From Nageia nagi (lineage: Eukaryota; Plantae; Pinophyta), in the NCBI GenBank assembly GCA_050084985.1, contig JBITNC010000002.1, forward strand, positions 31,558,001 to 31,622,000: 64,000 bases of DNA, given 5' to 3'. The notes under the pieces are model-generated. The model was not told the DNA's origin, made no database searches, and worked only from the letters and a program-made list of their open reading frames with translations. Numbering within the stretch: position 1 is the first letter of the stretch; every line of letters begins with the position of its first letter. Shown one piece after another: positions 1 through 12,837 of the stretch. The position numbers and the translations under genes are program-made.

Positions 1-2292
1 CAACCCAACGCATGCCTTAGAAAGATAGAATCCTAACTTTCTGAACCATGCACCCAAACTAGAAGAGGCAGAGAAGTTGGAGAGAGTTTAAAAAAGACAA
101 AATCTTGTCTTTTGAAATCATGCGCCAGGCTTGGAGGGGCCTCTGGGTCAATCCGTTGTGCAAAATTGGCAAGCTGCAATGCCAGGATGAGCAAAAACGA
201 GCAAATTCAATTCACACCTAGCTCAGGAGAGAGTTGGGAGCACCGTTTCAAAAGACAAAATCTTGTCTTTTTGTAGCATGCTCCTAGCTCGGGAGAGAGT
301 TGGGAGCACCGCTTCAAAAGACAAAATCTCGTCTTTCTCCGGCATGCTCCAAGTTCAGGATATATGCCCGAGATAGCTAGATTTCAAAGATAGCCCCAAA
401 GACCCCACATCCAATCTCCGACAGTCAAGCATGGAAGTTTGAGCGCAAACACATCTCGAGGTTGGCCATTTGGACAGTCAAGATCAATCCCTCTCATGCC
501 TAGCCGACTAGGGTTTTTTGGAGACCAAAATTTGCTTATAAACACCAACCTGGGGAGCTCATTATTCCAAACTCAGATTATCTTGCTCCTCATCCTGTGC
601 ACCAGAATGGTCAAACCAAACCTTGAGGCACTAAAGCAAGGAGGCGAGACAAAGGGAGGCATGACCACTGGCAATACCTCGCCAAGACAAAGGCATAATG
701 TTGACATCACAACCTTAATAAGATCATTGCACGAGGATCCCAGCCTAAGAGCAAGAGACGAATCTACAAACACTCACTATGTGAGTAGATTCGTGTTCAA
801 GGTGAACAACACACTTTCTGTCACCAAAGTTGCCTTGAACATAGATCCGGAGGAGCCACAAGACTTGGAGGCCCTTACTCTAAAGACTGAGATTGATGAA
901 GTCAAAACCACTGGGGCAGAACGGATAAGGGATATCACCAAGTTGGTAAAGGAGCTGGAAGAGGGGCAAGGGAAGCTAAGCCTAGAAGGAGAGCCCACAC
1001 CTTCCAATCCAGATTGTCTTCAAGACCAAGTAGCCACAAACGGACAGGAGTACCATCAACAAGCCAGCAATGGGGTCTTCAAGCTCGGCATTGCAAAGGC
1101 AGAGAAGGTCAATCAGCAGGAATAGACCCGAGAACATTCAAGGTAGAATGTTGCAAGTGCAACAATTAGTTTATTTTACATTTTTATTTATTGCAATTTT
1201 ATTTTAAATTTGGATTCCAAAGACTTATTAAATTTTGTACAGCCTTGTGATGGATGAGCACTTGCTCCCACAAGTGCTAGAATAAATCTTGTAATGCCAT
1301 GTGGCACTTTATTATTAGACTGCGTTTATTTTTTGAAACTTGTAATTAGGGTTAGGGCAACACTGCTGGTTGCTCCTAAACTATTTATACCCCGTTTTGA
1401 TTCATTTGTAAGGGGGATTGACACTTTAACAATAGAAAGGAACTTTTGCTTGCTAGACCAAAAATTCTCTAAGTTGTTAAATGTGGTGTATGTATGTGTA
1501 ATTATGATGAAATGCTTCTCATGTTGTCATGCCAAATTCGAATGAATGATTGACAGTGTTGTCTAGTTTGTTCTATTGCTGCTTTGTGTTAATTTACATC
1601 ACTTAGTGCATCCTGTAAATTCCGTGTGAAGTGGACATGAGAGTGCTTGTATATCTTATGAAGTGGTCGATTAGCATATTGTTGGTGATATTTTGTCATT
1701 TGAAATCTTAGGCTTGGATACTTCAAGATGTCTTGTTGATGTTGCTCATAGTAGGAACTTCACCCGGATCGTCAAGTGTTACCTTCACCCATCCTACTCC
1801 ATCCTTGCCACAGCCACATGCTCCTTCCACTAGATCATTCGTGTTGTTGGCTAGCGGAACAGATTGAGGGTGTGTGGAACCTACGTTGAGACCCAACAAG
1901 TCAACTTTTGAGGACCTTATCCCAAGCCTGTGTGTCCGCATGCCAATAGTTGCATCATTCTACCCACAAGTCTTTCCACCATCTTTTCTTTATTTATTTT
2001 CTTTTATTTTACACTTTCTTTTCGCGGTTTCCGCACCCTATTTCCCTTTCAACATTTTTCAGAAACAACTCCATCTAGCCACAAAGATGATTCGAGTCCT
2101 TGAATCCACACATGATATTCATGTTGGTGGCAGCTTTAAACATCTCAGCCATTCCCTGAGTTATCTTCACCAAGTCGCAAAGTTAACCTTTGGGGTAACT
2201 AGTCCCCATAGGGGGAGGGAATAACGTCCTTTCACCTGAGGTGTTGGCATTTTTCTCACTGCTCCAAGGTAGGAAAGAAAAACAGCCCAACA
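1..2292. mobile_element. Probable long LTR or LTR-retrotransposon end, running off the window start
   Basis: GC-richer block with internal tandem repeats and TATA-like motifs (533-541; 1381-1390 on minus). It ends in ...AACAGCCCAACA (2292), where composition shifts abruptly. No partner LTR in the window. Confidence 0.4.
75..355. repeat. Three related ~65-70 bp units, each carrying the palindrome AAAAGACAA-AATC-TTGTCTTTT
   Basis: Palindrome copies at about 92-113, 250-271 and 316-336 (last one imperfect). Flanks GAGAGTTGGGAGCACCG and CATGCTCC are shared. Confidence 0.8.
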
Positions 2293-2719
2293 CAACCTTA
2301 TCCACAAAATAGACTTGGGATTTGTGAATTTCGAATTTACACTAGCCAAGGTATTATATACATTTGGACTTTATCCAAAACATGACTAAACATAAAAATA
2401 ACAATACTAAGACAAGTATTTACATCATATTAGCAAATCTTGCCAAAGAACACCCTAAACCATGAAATTAAAATATGTAAAAGGCTGGAAAATATTTGGG
2501 ACATCACAGTACAAGATTTAAAGCCCCAGTCCAATGACCACCTTAGAACACATCCAAGGCAAGATCTAAATGAATGTTTCAAAAGGAAATTCTACACCAA
2601 TACCTTGTAATTAATAATTTTCAATGCCCCCATTTAAAATGATTGATACAACAACAAAAAAAATACATATATGATCCAAAACTTCCACATGAATGTTGAT
2701 GGAAGGTGTCACTACATTG

Positions 2720-3870
2720 ACACCCTCCTTAGTAACAGCTTCTGAAATGCCAAGCATCTTACTTAACCTTATAAACCTTCCCTTAATCAATCTTTTGTTG
2801 AAAATGTTGGCCATCTATTACACCAGAGAAACAAACTAAAGACCCACAGTTCTCTCCTACATGAATTGCATAGTAAAATGCACAATGATCTTGATTCATT
2901 TTTGGTCTTCAATGTTGCACTCAATTTTCTCCTTCACAAGAACATTCTAGATGTCTACAAGCAACACTATCAAATGGTCTTGTTTAATTTTGAGCTCCTG
3001 CAACAACTACCTAATCTGCAAAAACATCCTTTCCAGCCTCAACCACACTCCCGTATTTGGCCTCTATAGAAGATAGAGACAATGCTATCCAATTCTTAAC
3101 CAACCATACAATCAAGCTCAACCCAAGCACAAACACAAACACATATACATATATGGAAGAAGATCTCCAACCATTAGCATCTATCCCAACAATGAGATGT
3201 GATTTTTTAGATTAAAGACACAAATGTCATATGTAGGCTTCACATATAGAAAGATGTGCATTCCCTCCTTCAAAATGAGACAAACTCCATCGTGGACATT
3301 GATATGTAAGCCACATCAAGACAATATCCATTATTTAAATGAGTCAAGTACAAAAGACTACCAACCAAGAACCAAAGGAAAGTACTAACCAGTAGGGATC
3401 ATTGGCTATCCTGAAACTAGTTTCACCCTTGAAACAGATGGTATAGAGGCAAAGAATCTTCTGTTATGGATATCTTCAAGAGATCTAAGGCATACTTATA
3501 GCTACGAACTTTGAGCCTATGGTCTAACTATGAGATATGCATCCCCAAGAATAAGTCCAAAACATCAAGCTACATCATCCCAAGGATCATTTTAGCCTAG
3601 TCTGCAAAATGTCAGTCTCAAAAGGAGAATCCTGGCGATAATCAAGTCATGCACATAGAGCACAATGACTAAAATAAGACCATCTCTGCTTTAGACATAG
3701 ACATTACTTTCCAATCCACACTTGTAAAGCCTAAATTGATGATATCAATCTTCTCATACCAAGCTCAAGACATTTAACGAAGGTCCATAAAGAGATTTAT
3801 TAAGTTATATATTTATCCAATAGTTCTTGGCTTCTCAAATCTAATATGTTCCTCCATGAAACTGTCTTCC
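2720..3870 (-). pseudogene. Heavily decayed Ty1/Copia RT-RNase H with polypurine tract
   Basis: Minus-strand manual translation gives KSLYG-like, WYEKID, VIVLYVHDLII (YVDD motif) and the terminal MANIFNKRLIKGRFIRLSKMLGI (ADIFTKPL..RF..LR..LG motif). It is followed by AAGGAGGG|TGTCAA (PPT and LTR start near 2722). Confidence 0.8.
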
Positions 3871-5099
3871 CATAGTTGATTTCTTTTAACTAAAAATAGT
3901 TTTTATTCATTTTGATTTTCACGTTGATTGTCCCAAGTGTTTGGTGGCTACAATTGTGGCAAGGTCTGCATTGCAAAAACTTTTAAAAACTTATCTCTAA
4001 TGTCTTAAGGCTTTGTTTATTAAATTTTATAATATTTTGGAAAATATGATATCAACAGGTATTATTAGAAGCCCAATCATATTATTTTGTCAATGAAATG
4101 GGAAAGTTAAGTTTCCATAGGAAGTCATTAGTAACTATTAATATGTGGATGTGATGGGAAAGGAAATTTCTTTTAGCCCAAGCATTTTGAAAAAAATAGG
4201 ATTAACCTTGTGTTTTAATATATTGTCAAATTTGAATGGGAATGATTGACAAAAGTTTTAATTTTTCTTGTATTTATGGCTATACAGATAATAGATGTTG
4301 AGTGACTAGAGATAGAATAATGAGGTATTTTTACATGTCTTGAGCTTTTATATTTAATTCTTTCTGCTCTAAATACCTTGAGGTAGCATCTATTATTTGT
4401 AAAACTTTAAAATATGCTAGCTTTTATGCTATTTCCTCATTTATTCCATCCTTTTATGGTGTCACACAATTATAGCAATTATCAATAGTATGACAAATTA
4501 TTGTGTATGTTTGCACATTGTCAATATTGTAAATCTTCAGGATTTTTTATATTTTGTTGAGTTAGTTTTCTTATCTTGGTAGTAACGTCAAGGATTGAAC
4601 ACAGATTTGAGACTAGCTAAACACCTAAAATTTGCTATCAAACTAAAAACTTGCAATACCCAAAAGAATCCAATATGATCCCACCTAAAAGCTGAATTTA
4701 AGAAGTTATCCTCCCTTTTTGAAGCGAAGCACATCACCCAAAAAAATTCCCATCCCCCATAAAACCCATTATTCTTCGCATCCAACATAAAACCTTATGA
4801 AACAACTTTATCTTCAAACTGTTAAGCAGTGGCATACCAATAGAAATATAAAATGCAGTAGGGTGGAACTTTATTGTCACACCGAAGAGGTTGAATAATT
4901 TTAGCCAACCTTCTATTGAGATCTATAGCTCAAATTAACTGATCCTAAAATATAAATGAAACCATTGGTCATTGATTTTCCATCATGTTCTTATTTCCCC
5001 AAGTTATGCCCTTGATCTCAAAGTAATATAAGCATCCGTAGGTGCCCTCCAATTTAGCATGAACAAACAAACAAATAAGAGCATTATAAGAAGATTCCA

Positions 5100-6960
5100 T
5101 TAATCAATATTTCAAAACGAATATGCACATGAAGATTACAAGGAGATGGAAAAAGTCAAGGACCTCACCTATGACTTCAAGGTGGTCAAGTCAAGAAACA
5201 AATTTAAAAGATAGAGAAGAAAGACATAAAATTGAAAGCATTAGCAACTCATCCTCTTTTTCTCCCTCTTCTAGTGAAACTCATTCTACTTCATCTTTTG
5301 CCTTCAAAAATAATATATTTCACTAATATAGCACAATGATGGACAAAAAAGATATTAGAAAGAGTGTTACAAGATGCTAACATGAAGAATGATGAAGAAG
5401 AAGAAATCTTTGTTAATATTAAAAATGAAAAACCCCCAATTGCCACCACCAAAACAGAAGAAGGGAGTATTGAATGATTTTCCAAGAGGCAATGGAGATC
5501 ATTGAAGAAGCAAATATATCCATAGCCGGCAAAGAATTCAAGGATGTCATCGTACAAGCTATTATGCAACCGATGTCAAGCATGACAAACCAAGCAACAC
5601 CTAGCACCAACTCACTACCTCCAAAGGCTTCAAGTCCTCAACAACAAATAAATATCTAACTTGCAAGACAAGAAAAAGAAAAATGACCGTAGGCAATGGA
5701 GGTGATGATGATAACAATGAAGAGGAAAAGAATAGAAAAAAGAAGGAAACAACAAGAACACGAGGATTCAACTAGAAATAAGAGCAAGAGGGACCAAGGA
5801 AAACAAATGGCCAAAGCTCCCCTACAATCACCTCCACCATCTCACCAAAATAACAAATGATCCTCACATAAGAGCATAATGATATCGATGCAGATGCCTT
5901 TTAAAAATACTCAATGAAATTTTGGATGATAAAGGAGGGGCAACTACAATTACAAGCTCGACTACACTAGAGCTCGTTACCTTAATAAAAAATTGATGTT
6001 GCATCCAAAAAGTTTGTGGTACAAAGGATATCTTCCAAAACTAAGCAACCACAAGGGAAATCCAATCTAGTTATAGGGAGCCAACAAAACTAGATTGAAA
6101 GAATCAAGATTGATTGGAGGAAGGCATTAGCAATTGCTAGAGTAAAAGCTATCAAGGATGCAATAGGAAACTACAAAAAGCAGATAGCCCAACTTAAATC
6201 CGAGACTAAGAAATACAAGTTGATTGTAAAAGGAATGGAGGTGCCAAGGGCAGAAAATATGTGCACAAAAGAAATTAGATTCAGGACCTTACAAGGAACT
6301 AATTTTCATAGCAACTTGAAGGATTCATCCCAAAGGTTATAAAGCCTTTCACAAAGGCATATGATTCTTTCATTTCTATACTCAATTTCAAATAAGAAAT
6401 TACTTAGGAACTTGAAGAAATTCAAGCCCTACATGGATCAAAGAAAAATAATACTCACATAGTTAACAAACTAATGACCAAGGCCTCCAATAATGTAAAA
6501 CAGAGCGCATGATTAGGGAGTTTTGATTCTCATTTGTCAATGCCAATGCTTTGATCATCGTTGACAATAGATTCTTCTTCTATATTTTTGGTTTGCGAGA
6601 TTAAAGAATAAAAGTAGTGAAATTATGTAGAGAGAATAAAGAAAAAATTGTGGTGAAGTTATAGAGAAAGGAGAAAAGCCTTTTAAAAGCCTTAAAAAGT
6701 AAGTGAAGGATAAAATGCCAATATAGGCAGATAGGGCAAATAAATAAAGGAAAGAAAAGTTATCATTGCCAAACTTAAAAAAAATCTTGAAGACAAATTT
6801 GTTGCAAAAGATAAAGTCCAATTGAAAAATTCATCCTACATGCCAAAATATAGAAAATTGGTGGTGAGGGTAAATAAGCTTTGGGAAGAGGCAAAGAGAA
6901 CACTCTCATTTTTAGAGTTAGTATATGGAACATGTCACACAATAAAATTTAGGCTTACGA
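5100..6960 (+). pseudogene. Decayed K/E-rich coiled-coil-like ORF, probably TE accessory ORF remnants
   Basis: Purine-rich coding-like fragments with many stops and frameshifts. No recognisable domain. Confidence 0.3.
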
Positions 6961-7002
6961 GAACCAAAAATATTAACATAAAAGATATATTTAAACCACA
7001 GC

Positions 7003-8502
7003 GAACAATATCTAGAAAAATGGCTGAGGTTTCCTCTCTACCAGGGTTTGGGAGAACAAGATCTGGTAGGGTTTTTCAGCATGCGGCTGATAGCTCAAGC
7101 TTTGAGTCTGGCGACAAGGATACCGTTGGCAGTGGAGGGGGGCCAAGCTCGATGGTGGCTTGCTCTGTTGATGGGAAGTCTGTTGAGAGCTCGGGAAGCT
7201 CTCTTGGGTTTGATGAGGACACCTGTAGCGTGGAGGATCCTTTGGGTATTGCTCTTGTGGTGGATTTGCCTTTTTCTCCGTTATCCTCGGTGTCTCATGT
7301 CCTAGAGACTCCTTCGGAGGATGGTTTTTCCCCTATGTGTCATGCCTTCAATGAGGGTTTGATAGGGGAGACGCACAGTGTACTGGCCTCTCGTAGGATC
7401 CTTGATCCTGTGGGTTGCGACTCTGCTTCCCTCGCTCCGTTTCTAGATGGGGATGGAGGGGTCTTGTTTGGGCTCCCAAAGCCAGAGGGGCTTAGTGTGT
7501 TCTCGAAGGGGGCATCACAGGTCAGCCCGAGAGGCTTTTGGATCACTATGGATGGGTTGCAGAGACAGTTTCAACTCCTTGCAGCTTTGTGCTAAACATT
7601 TTGCTTGCCTCTAACGCAAATTGGTTGTTTTCCAAACCAGGCTTGGTTGTTTCCAGCTGGATGGGGCTGCATGGCGAGGAGCATAATGTGTTCGGAGTGG
7701 ACCTACTCCAAGGTGTTGTGGACGAGCTTGACGGGTTGATGCGAACGAGGTCTCTGGGTGGTTTTGATGGGGCTACGGCTATTAATGTCGAGCTCGGGGA
7801 AGTTTGGGGGTTGGTGAGCCCCTGACTAGGATTTTTGTTTTTGATTATCTCATGGGGGTTCATCTCCAAGGTTGGTTTCTCTGTGCAGAGGTTTCTTTGT
7901 TCTGGGAACAACTCGTGGTTTGTTCTCTTGATGTTCTTTGAGGCACAGATGGTGGGATCTCGCTCCTTCCTACGAGGTAGGTAGCTTGGTTTGAAGCAAC
8001 AATGGGGCTGAAATTTGCATGGTGGATCCCGTGGAACTCGATGTGTATCTTTACCAAAGTGTACTTTTTTGCGTTTTTTCTTGAGTCAAACAAATGTTGC
8101 TAGGATGCACTTTCCTTTCTCGATTGGATGTTGGATTCAAAGGGAAGTTTTTTTGCTTTTTCTAGTTTTCTTCAGTTGGAAGAGGGTCAGCATTGGAAGG
8201 GTCCCCTCTTTCTCGTCCTTCTTTGGGAAGAACGTTATGGGGATTGTTTATATTTAAATTTATGCTTCAAACATTGTTCATGCCCTGATTCTAGGTTGAG
8301 GGACTCTCTATCTGTATTGTTTGTGCCCTGGTTAGGTTGAGGGACTTGTTTTGAAGTGCCATTGAAGATGACCTGAGTGTGGGCTTTGGCAAGCCCAAGC
8401 TTCATAAATGAGCTTAATCATTATATCTTCTTAGGAATAGGCCATGCAAAAGGTTAGGATTCCTTTCAAAAATCTATCCTCCAACATAATAAAAAAAAAA
8501 AA
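7003..8502 (+). mobile_element. Poly(A)-tailed retroposed insertion (non-autonomous LINE-mobilised element)
   Basis: Sharp GC rise at about 7020. 3' end TAAT(A)12 at 8487-8502. Candidate TSD AAACCACAGC (6993-7002) versus AAACCGTAGC (8500-8509), differing by two transitions. Contains a Ser/Gly-rich ORF from ATG 7020 to 7595. Confidence 0.65.
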
Positions 8503-8575
8503 CCGTAGCAAAAAAATTGATAACTAAAATCGATAATTAAATTTCAGCACCTAAAAAGTGCTTACATATATTTGC

Positions 8576-8636
8576 ATGGTTAGTTCCTCTCCTTGTTGCT
8601 TGGATGGTTAGTTCCTCTCCCTTGTTGCTTGGATGA
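8576..8636. repeat. 28-bp tandem duplication (TGGTTAGTTCCTCTCCTTGTTGCTTGGA x2)
   Basis: Directly visible. Confidence 0.9.
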
Positions 8637-8970
8637 TTTATTCCTTCCCCTTTCTTATACATAGCAAATTTTAGAACATAACAAGTTATGGTAGTTATAT
8701 TAGATAGGAAACATTGTTACACATAAATACCTACTTTGTACTATAAATATGAGAATATAGCTTTTCGTGAGAAACAAAAAGACAATGCTAACCTTATATG
8801 TACACATCTATTAATAATAAATTCTGAAATTTGAAATACCAAGTATTTTGCAAATATTTTTTTATGTTTTCATTGCTAATTGTTGATTTCTTCAAATCAT
8901 CCAATTGATCAATTACTTTGAGAAGTTAATCATTTAGTAATTTTTTAAGTTACTAGTAAAGCATTAAATT

Positions 8971-9195
8971 CAAGGGTCCACGGGAACATGATCCCCCTTT
9001 TGGAAGAGGCATTCTCAACATTCCCCCATTTTGGGAACGTGGGAACACCATTAGGAATATCTCCCTATCGTTCCCTTTTTGTGGAACGACAGGGAGACAT
9101 TCCCGAGAACATTCCCTGAGGGTGGGGAGCCATTCCCGAATAGTCACCTTTTCGGGAACGTCCTAGTTCTTCCCAAGAACTTCAGGCATTCCCAA
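8971..9195. mobile_element. Possible DNA-transposon end with subterminal motif array
   Basis: About 12 copies of GGGAAC/GTTCCC/ATTCCC in both orientations within 220 bp, starting CAAGGGTCCACGGGAAC. Partner end not found. Confidence 0.4.
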
Positions 9196-9439
9196 GTTGT
9201 GGGCAACCAATCAACTTGAAAAAAAAATCACTTCAAAATTAAAAAATAAAGTGCAAAATTACATGGGGGTGGGTCCCACCAATGTCTCCACCCCTCAAAC
9301 TCTAAAAGTTGTTAGAACTCGTAACAGAAATCTGAAAAAAAATAGATGTATGGAAATGAAAAAGTTTGACCGAAGCACACCACTATACTACCACATCCAT
9401 GCAATACATAATCAAAGTCTCAAGGAGAGGAGGCCACAC

Positions 9440-10345
9440 TAGCGATAGTCCCGAAAATGCAATGGAGAGATCCACATAATCAAAAGGATATAGAGGAGCT
9501 TTGTTCTCCACTCATGAAGAGAGCAATTATTAAGGAGGGTTCGACATAGGCAGGTTCCCCCCAGCATAATACAAATATTGTAGTCAAGAGTAACCAAACC
9601 TCCAAATGTTGAGAATTTTTCAAGTGATGGAGCTACAAAAGAACAGAGATATTCAGTTTCAAATGGAAAGAAGGATAATCTCGAGATTGATGTTGATACT
9701 ATGCATGAGGTGAGTGATGATTAGGTTTTTGCCCATGTTGCCAAAATGGAACAATTGTTAGGTATTAATCCATCGGCTCAAATGAGAAAAGCTATGATGG
9801 ATCAAGCAAGAATTGAACTCTCTCATAAAGCTAGGGAGAAGGCTGAAAAAGAGCTCAAGAAGGAGATGGCACCTCCTAAACCTCCACCTTTGAAGTACTA
9901 CTTTACTTGAACAATTACTAGAGAAGGGGCTCATGGAGGAAGAAGCAAAATCCCTCCAGAAGTGGGATCAAAGCCACCGAGTGTTTTAGAGAAACAAATT
10001 TGAAGAAGTGGTTCGTAGAAACAAGGGGATGGAGGTCCCGACAAGAGTTACTCGTAGTCGCAGCAGAAGATGACGCGTAGGACATTTGTTGACCTTGTCG
10101 AGTGTTTTGTGAACCAATTTTTGATTTGGTCATTTTTTATTTTTACACATCTTGAGTTTGTTTTGCTTACTATGGAGATGTTTTGTATGGTTTAGGATAT
10201 CTGAAGAAGTCCCTTAAAATCTTTTTGATGTTTATATGCTTCTTTGTTTTGAACATGTTGGAAATCTTTGAGATGTAAAAGATATGGGGTCCTTTCAAAA
10301 TTCTTGTTTTTACTTTTAATATGAATCAAAAAAATAAAAAAATAT
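9440..10345 (+). mobile_element. Second, older poly(A)-tailed retroposon remnant
   Basis: Decayed ORF (..KAREKAEKELKKEMAPPKPPP..), T-rich 3' UTR, then GGGGTCCTTTCAAAA...TAATATGAATC(A)n at 10286-10345. 5' boundary uncertain. Confidence 0.45.
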
Positions 10346-10869
10346 TAAAAAAATATATAATAAGTATGATATAATAACAATTAAATATGAAACAACAATT
10401 AAATATAAGAAAAAATAATTTCACCCATCCATTTATACAAGTTATAGTTATAGATCAATTTCAACCATTCCATGCTCTACCTCCCTTGTCTGTCTATCAT
10501 TGTGATCATTTAACAATCACTCCCCCTTCCTACTAGACCACACACAACATTACTTCCCAAAATTCAATGTTCATTTGTTTTTTTTTTTGTTGGTATCCAG
10601 TTAGACGCCATAATGTTTTTGACCTATTCATAGCTACAATTTCATTCCTTTCGGGATCTATAGTTCTCTCCAATCACAAAAAATCACCGCAAACAATATG
10701 TCCACTTACACTATTAACATTTTCGACATCTAATTCCTCAAAGTATCTCATGCATTTCCTCTAAATAATTCTGCAACTTAATAAGCATTCAACATCTTTG
10801 ATCAAATCCACAAATCTATGAACTTCTGAAATCTAACCCTACGCAAAATTTGAGCCTCTTAAACAAAAA

Positions 10870-11790
10870 CAACAAGACAAACTCGTCATTCTACGACAAA
10901 ACAAACTCGACAAAAACACAGATGAATTTCTGCAAGAATTTAAAGTAATGCATAACATACCTCCAACAGCCTCCATCTTTGTGGAAGACGAGCAATCTCG
11001 TGCAAAAAAACAAAAAAAAAAACAAAATTTGAAGTCTCACTTGCGCAAAGATTAAAGTATATATTTGCTCCTGCAAAAGAAAAAATCCAGCTAAATAAGC
11101 AATGATAACGTTGATTTACATCAATGTCATTGGAGAAATCGTAGCAAGAAATTCTACTTGTACGCATCTCCAAAACTCCGCATCGATTTTGATGATGATT
11201 TCTCCAACCGAGGGAAAACGGAAATGAAATGAACTCAAACCCTAGCTGTGCTTCATTTTTTTATTGTTTATTTGCTTGCTTTCCTCTGCGGTCTTGGAAT
11301 CGAATTTGGTTAACCGCACAGAACTACAAGAAAAGGAATGTTTGTAAAGAATGTGGAAAAGTTCGCCAAGGAATAATTGTGGTGAGGTGATTTACACGTG
11401 GCCATCTTATTAGTGAAGCGGCCGCCTACGGAATTTGTTTTTTGTGACGTCTTGGGATCCTTTGGATGGATGGTTGGAGTTGACGGAAGTCTGATATTGT
11501 CTGTACTTGGAGACTGAATCAGTGGCTTTTGCTTCGATCGGCAGACGCTCTTACGACAAAAGCAGATTCCATCTTAATAACTGCTTATTTTTATTTCATA
11601 ACGGTTCAGTGGGGTAAGAAGAAATTAAGATGCATTGGAAGGACACGGAGGTAAGGCCGCACATCTGGATACTTGGTTTTAAGATGCTTTTGGACTTTCG
11701 GTTGTCTAGAGTTTTTTTATAGATGCTTTTTTTACCTTGCAGATTAAGTTTTTTGAGGTATCAATTCGCAATTGATTGCAATGGGTACGC
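10870..11790. promoter_or_regulatory. CpG-retaining promoter-like island
   Basis: High CG dinucleotide density against a depleted background. Telo-box AAACCCTA near 11237, G-box/ABRE CACGTGGC at 11395-11402, TGACGT near 11445. Splice-like signals point outward on both strands. Confidence 0.5.
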
Positions 11791-12290
11791 CGCTTTCAAG
11801 GCAAAAAAATATTAATAAGTAAATCTCTTCATTATATACATTTAATATATTGTGATTTAATATATTGTGCATTTTCTTACATGTTATTTTTTGGTCTACA
11901 TATTTGAATCATGAACGGTGGTTTTTAGTATACTTTCCACCATTGGATGGAAAAACGAAAATTGGAAGGTTCACAGAGGGAACACTTAATGACGTAATTA
12001 AAACAATTGCAATAGTAATTTGTATAATCATTTATAGGAATCTTAGATTTTACAACTTCTTTGTATATGTTAAATTGTTATTTATGTATTTTTATTTTTA
12101 TAATATGTTTTTAAAGTTTGGGTTGTCTAGAGTTTTTATAGATATTTTTTTTTATTGGAAACTAAGTTTCTTTGAGGTATCATTAAAACAATTTTCATAG
12201 CATTTTGTATAATTATTTCAAGGATTTTTAGATTTTACATCTTCTTTGTATAGTTTAAATTGTTATTTATGTATTTTTATTTTTATAATT
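11690..12290. repeat. Local imperfect duplications
   Basis: 11700-11765 resembles 12121-12182 (GGTTGTCTAGAGTTTTTATAGAT...GAGGTATCA). 12002-12105 resembles 12187-12289. Confidence 0.8.
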
Positions 12291-12803
12291 TTTATTTTTA
12301 TTTGATAAAAAATTCAAGATTAGATTTATCAAATTTTTATTTTTATTTGATAATGTGTTAAATTAGGCTTTTTGCATAATTTATATTATTGGGAGTTCAA
12401 ATTGTGAAGGTTAACTCGCAAGGATCTTAATGTCGACACTAGTAATGGTGTCCATGCTTCTATAAGCACTAATACTACTCTGTAGATCCATCATTTCTAT
12501 GGAGTCCTATGCCTTTGTAAGGTTCCACCACAATGAGAAGTTAAGTCTTAACATGGGAACAGTCATCCAGGTAAGATAACATGTATTTATCTTTTAATCC
12601 TTCACTCATAGGTTGTGAATTTAATCCAATAGTCTAGGTATCATTATTGTTGATTTACATATATGAGTACTTTAGATTATTGCATATTATATATATTTAA
12701 TCATTTCATTAGATATGCAAGTTCATTTTAATAATAATCTTCTATATATTAGGTGGGTGCAAGAAGATGAATCCATATAAAGAGTAAGTTTTATGAATTA
12801 GAA

Positions 12804-12806
<3 letters not shown>

Positions 12807-12834
<28 letters not shown>
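12807..12834. repeat. (TA)14 microsatellite
   Basis: Directly visible. Confidence 0.95.

Positions 12835-12837
<3 letters not shown>

Noticed and set aside
439-1125. 228-aa ORF as a host gene
   Set aside because: TTG start, no recognisable domain, and it lies in an LTR-like repeat block.
6822-7595. 257-aa ORF as a single gene
   Set aside because: It spans the junction between older decayed sequence and the retroposed insert at about 7003, so it is a chance fusion.
11188-11260. C/D-box snoRNA (TGATGATGA)
   Set aside because: No well-placed CTGA D box, terminal stem or recognisable rRNA antisense element.
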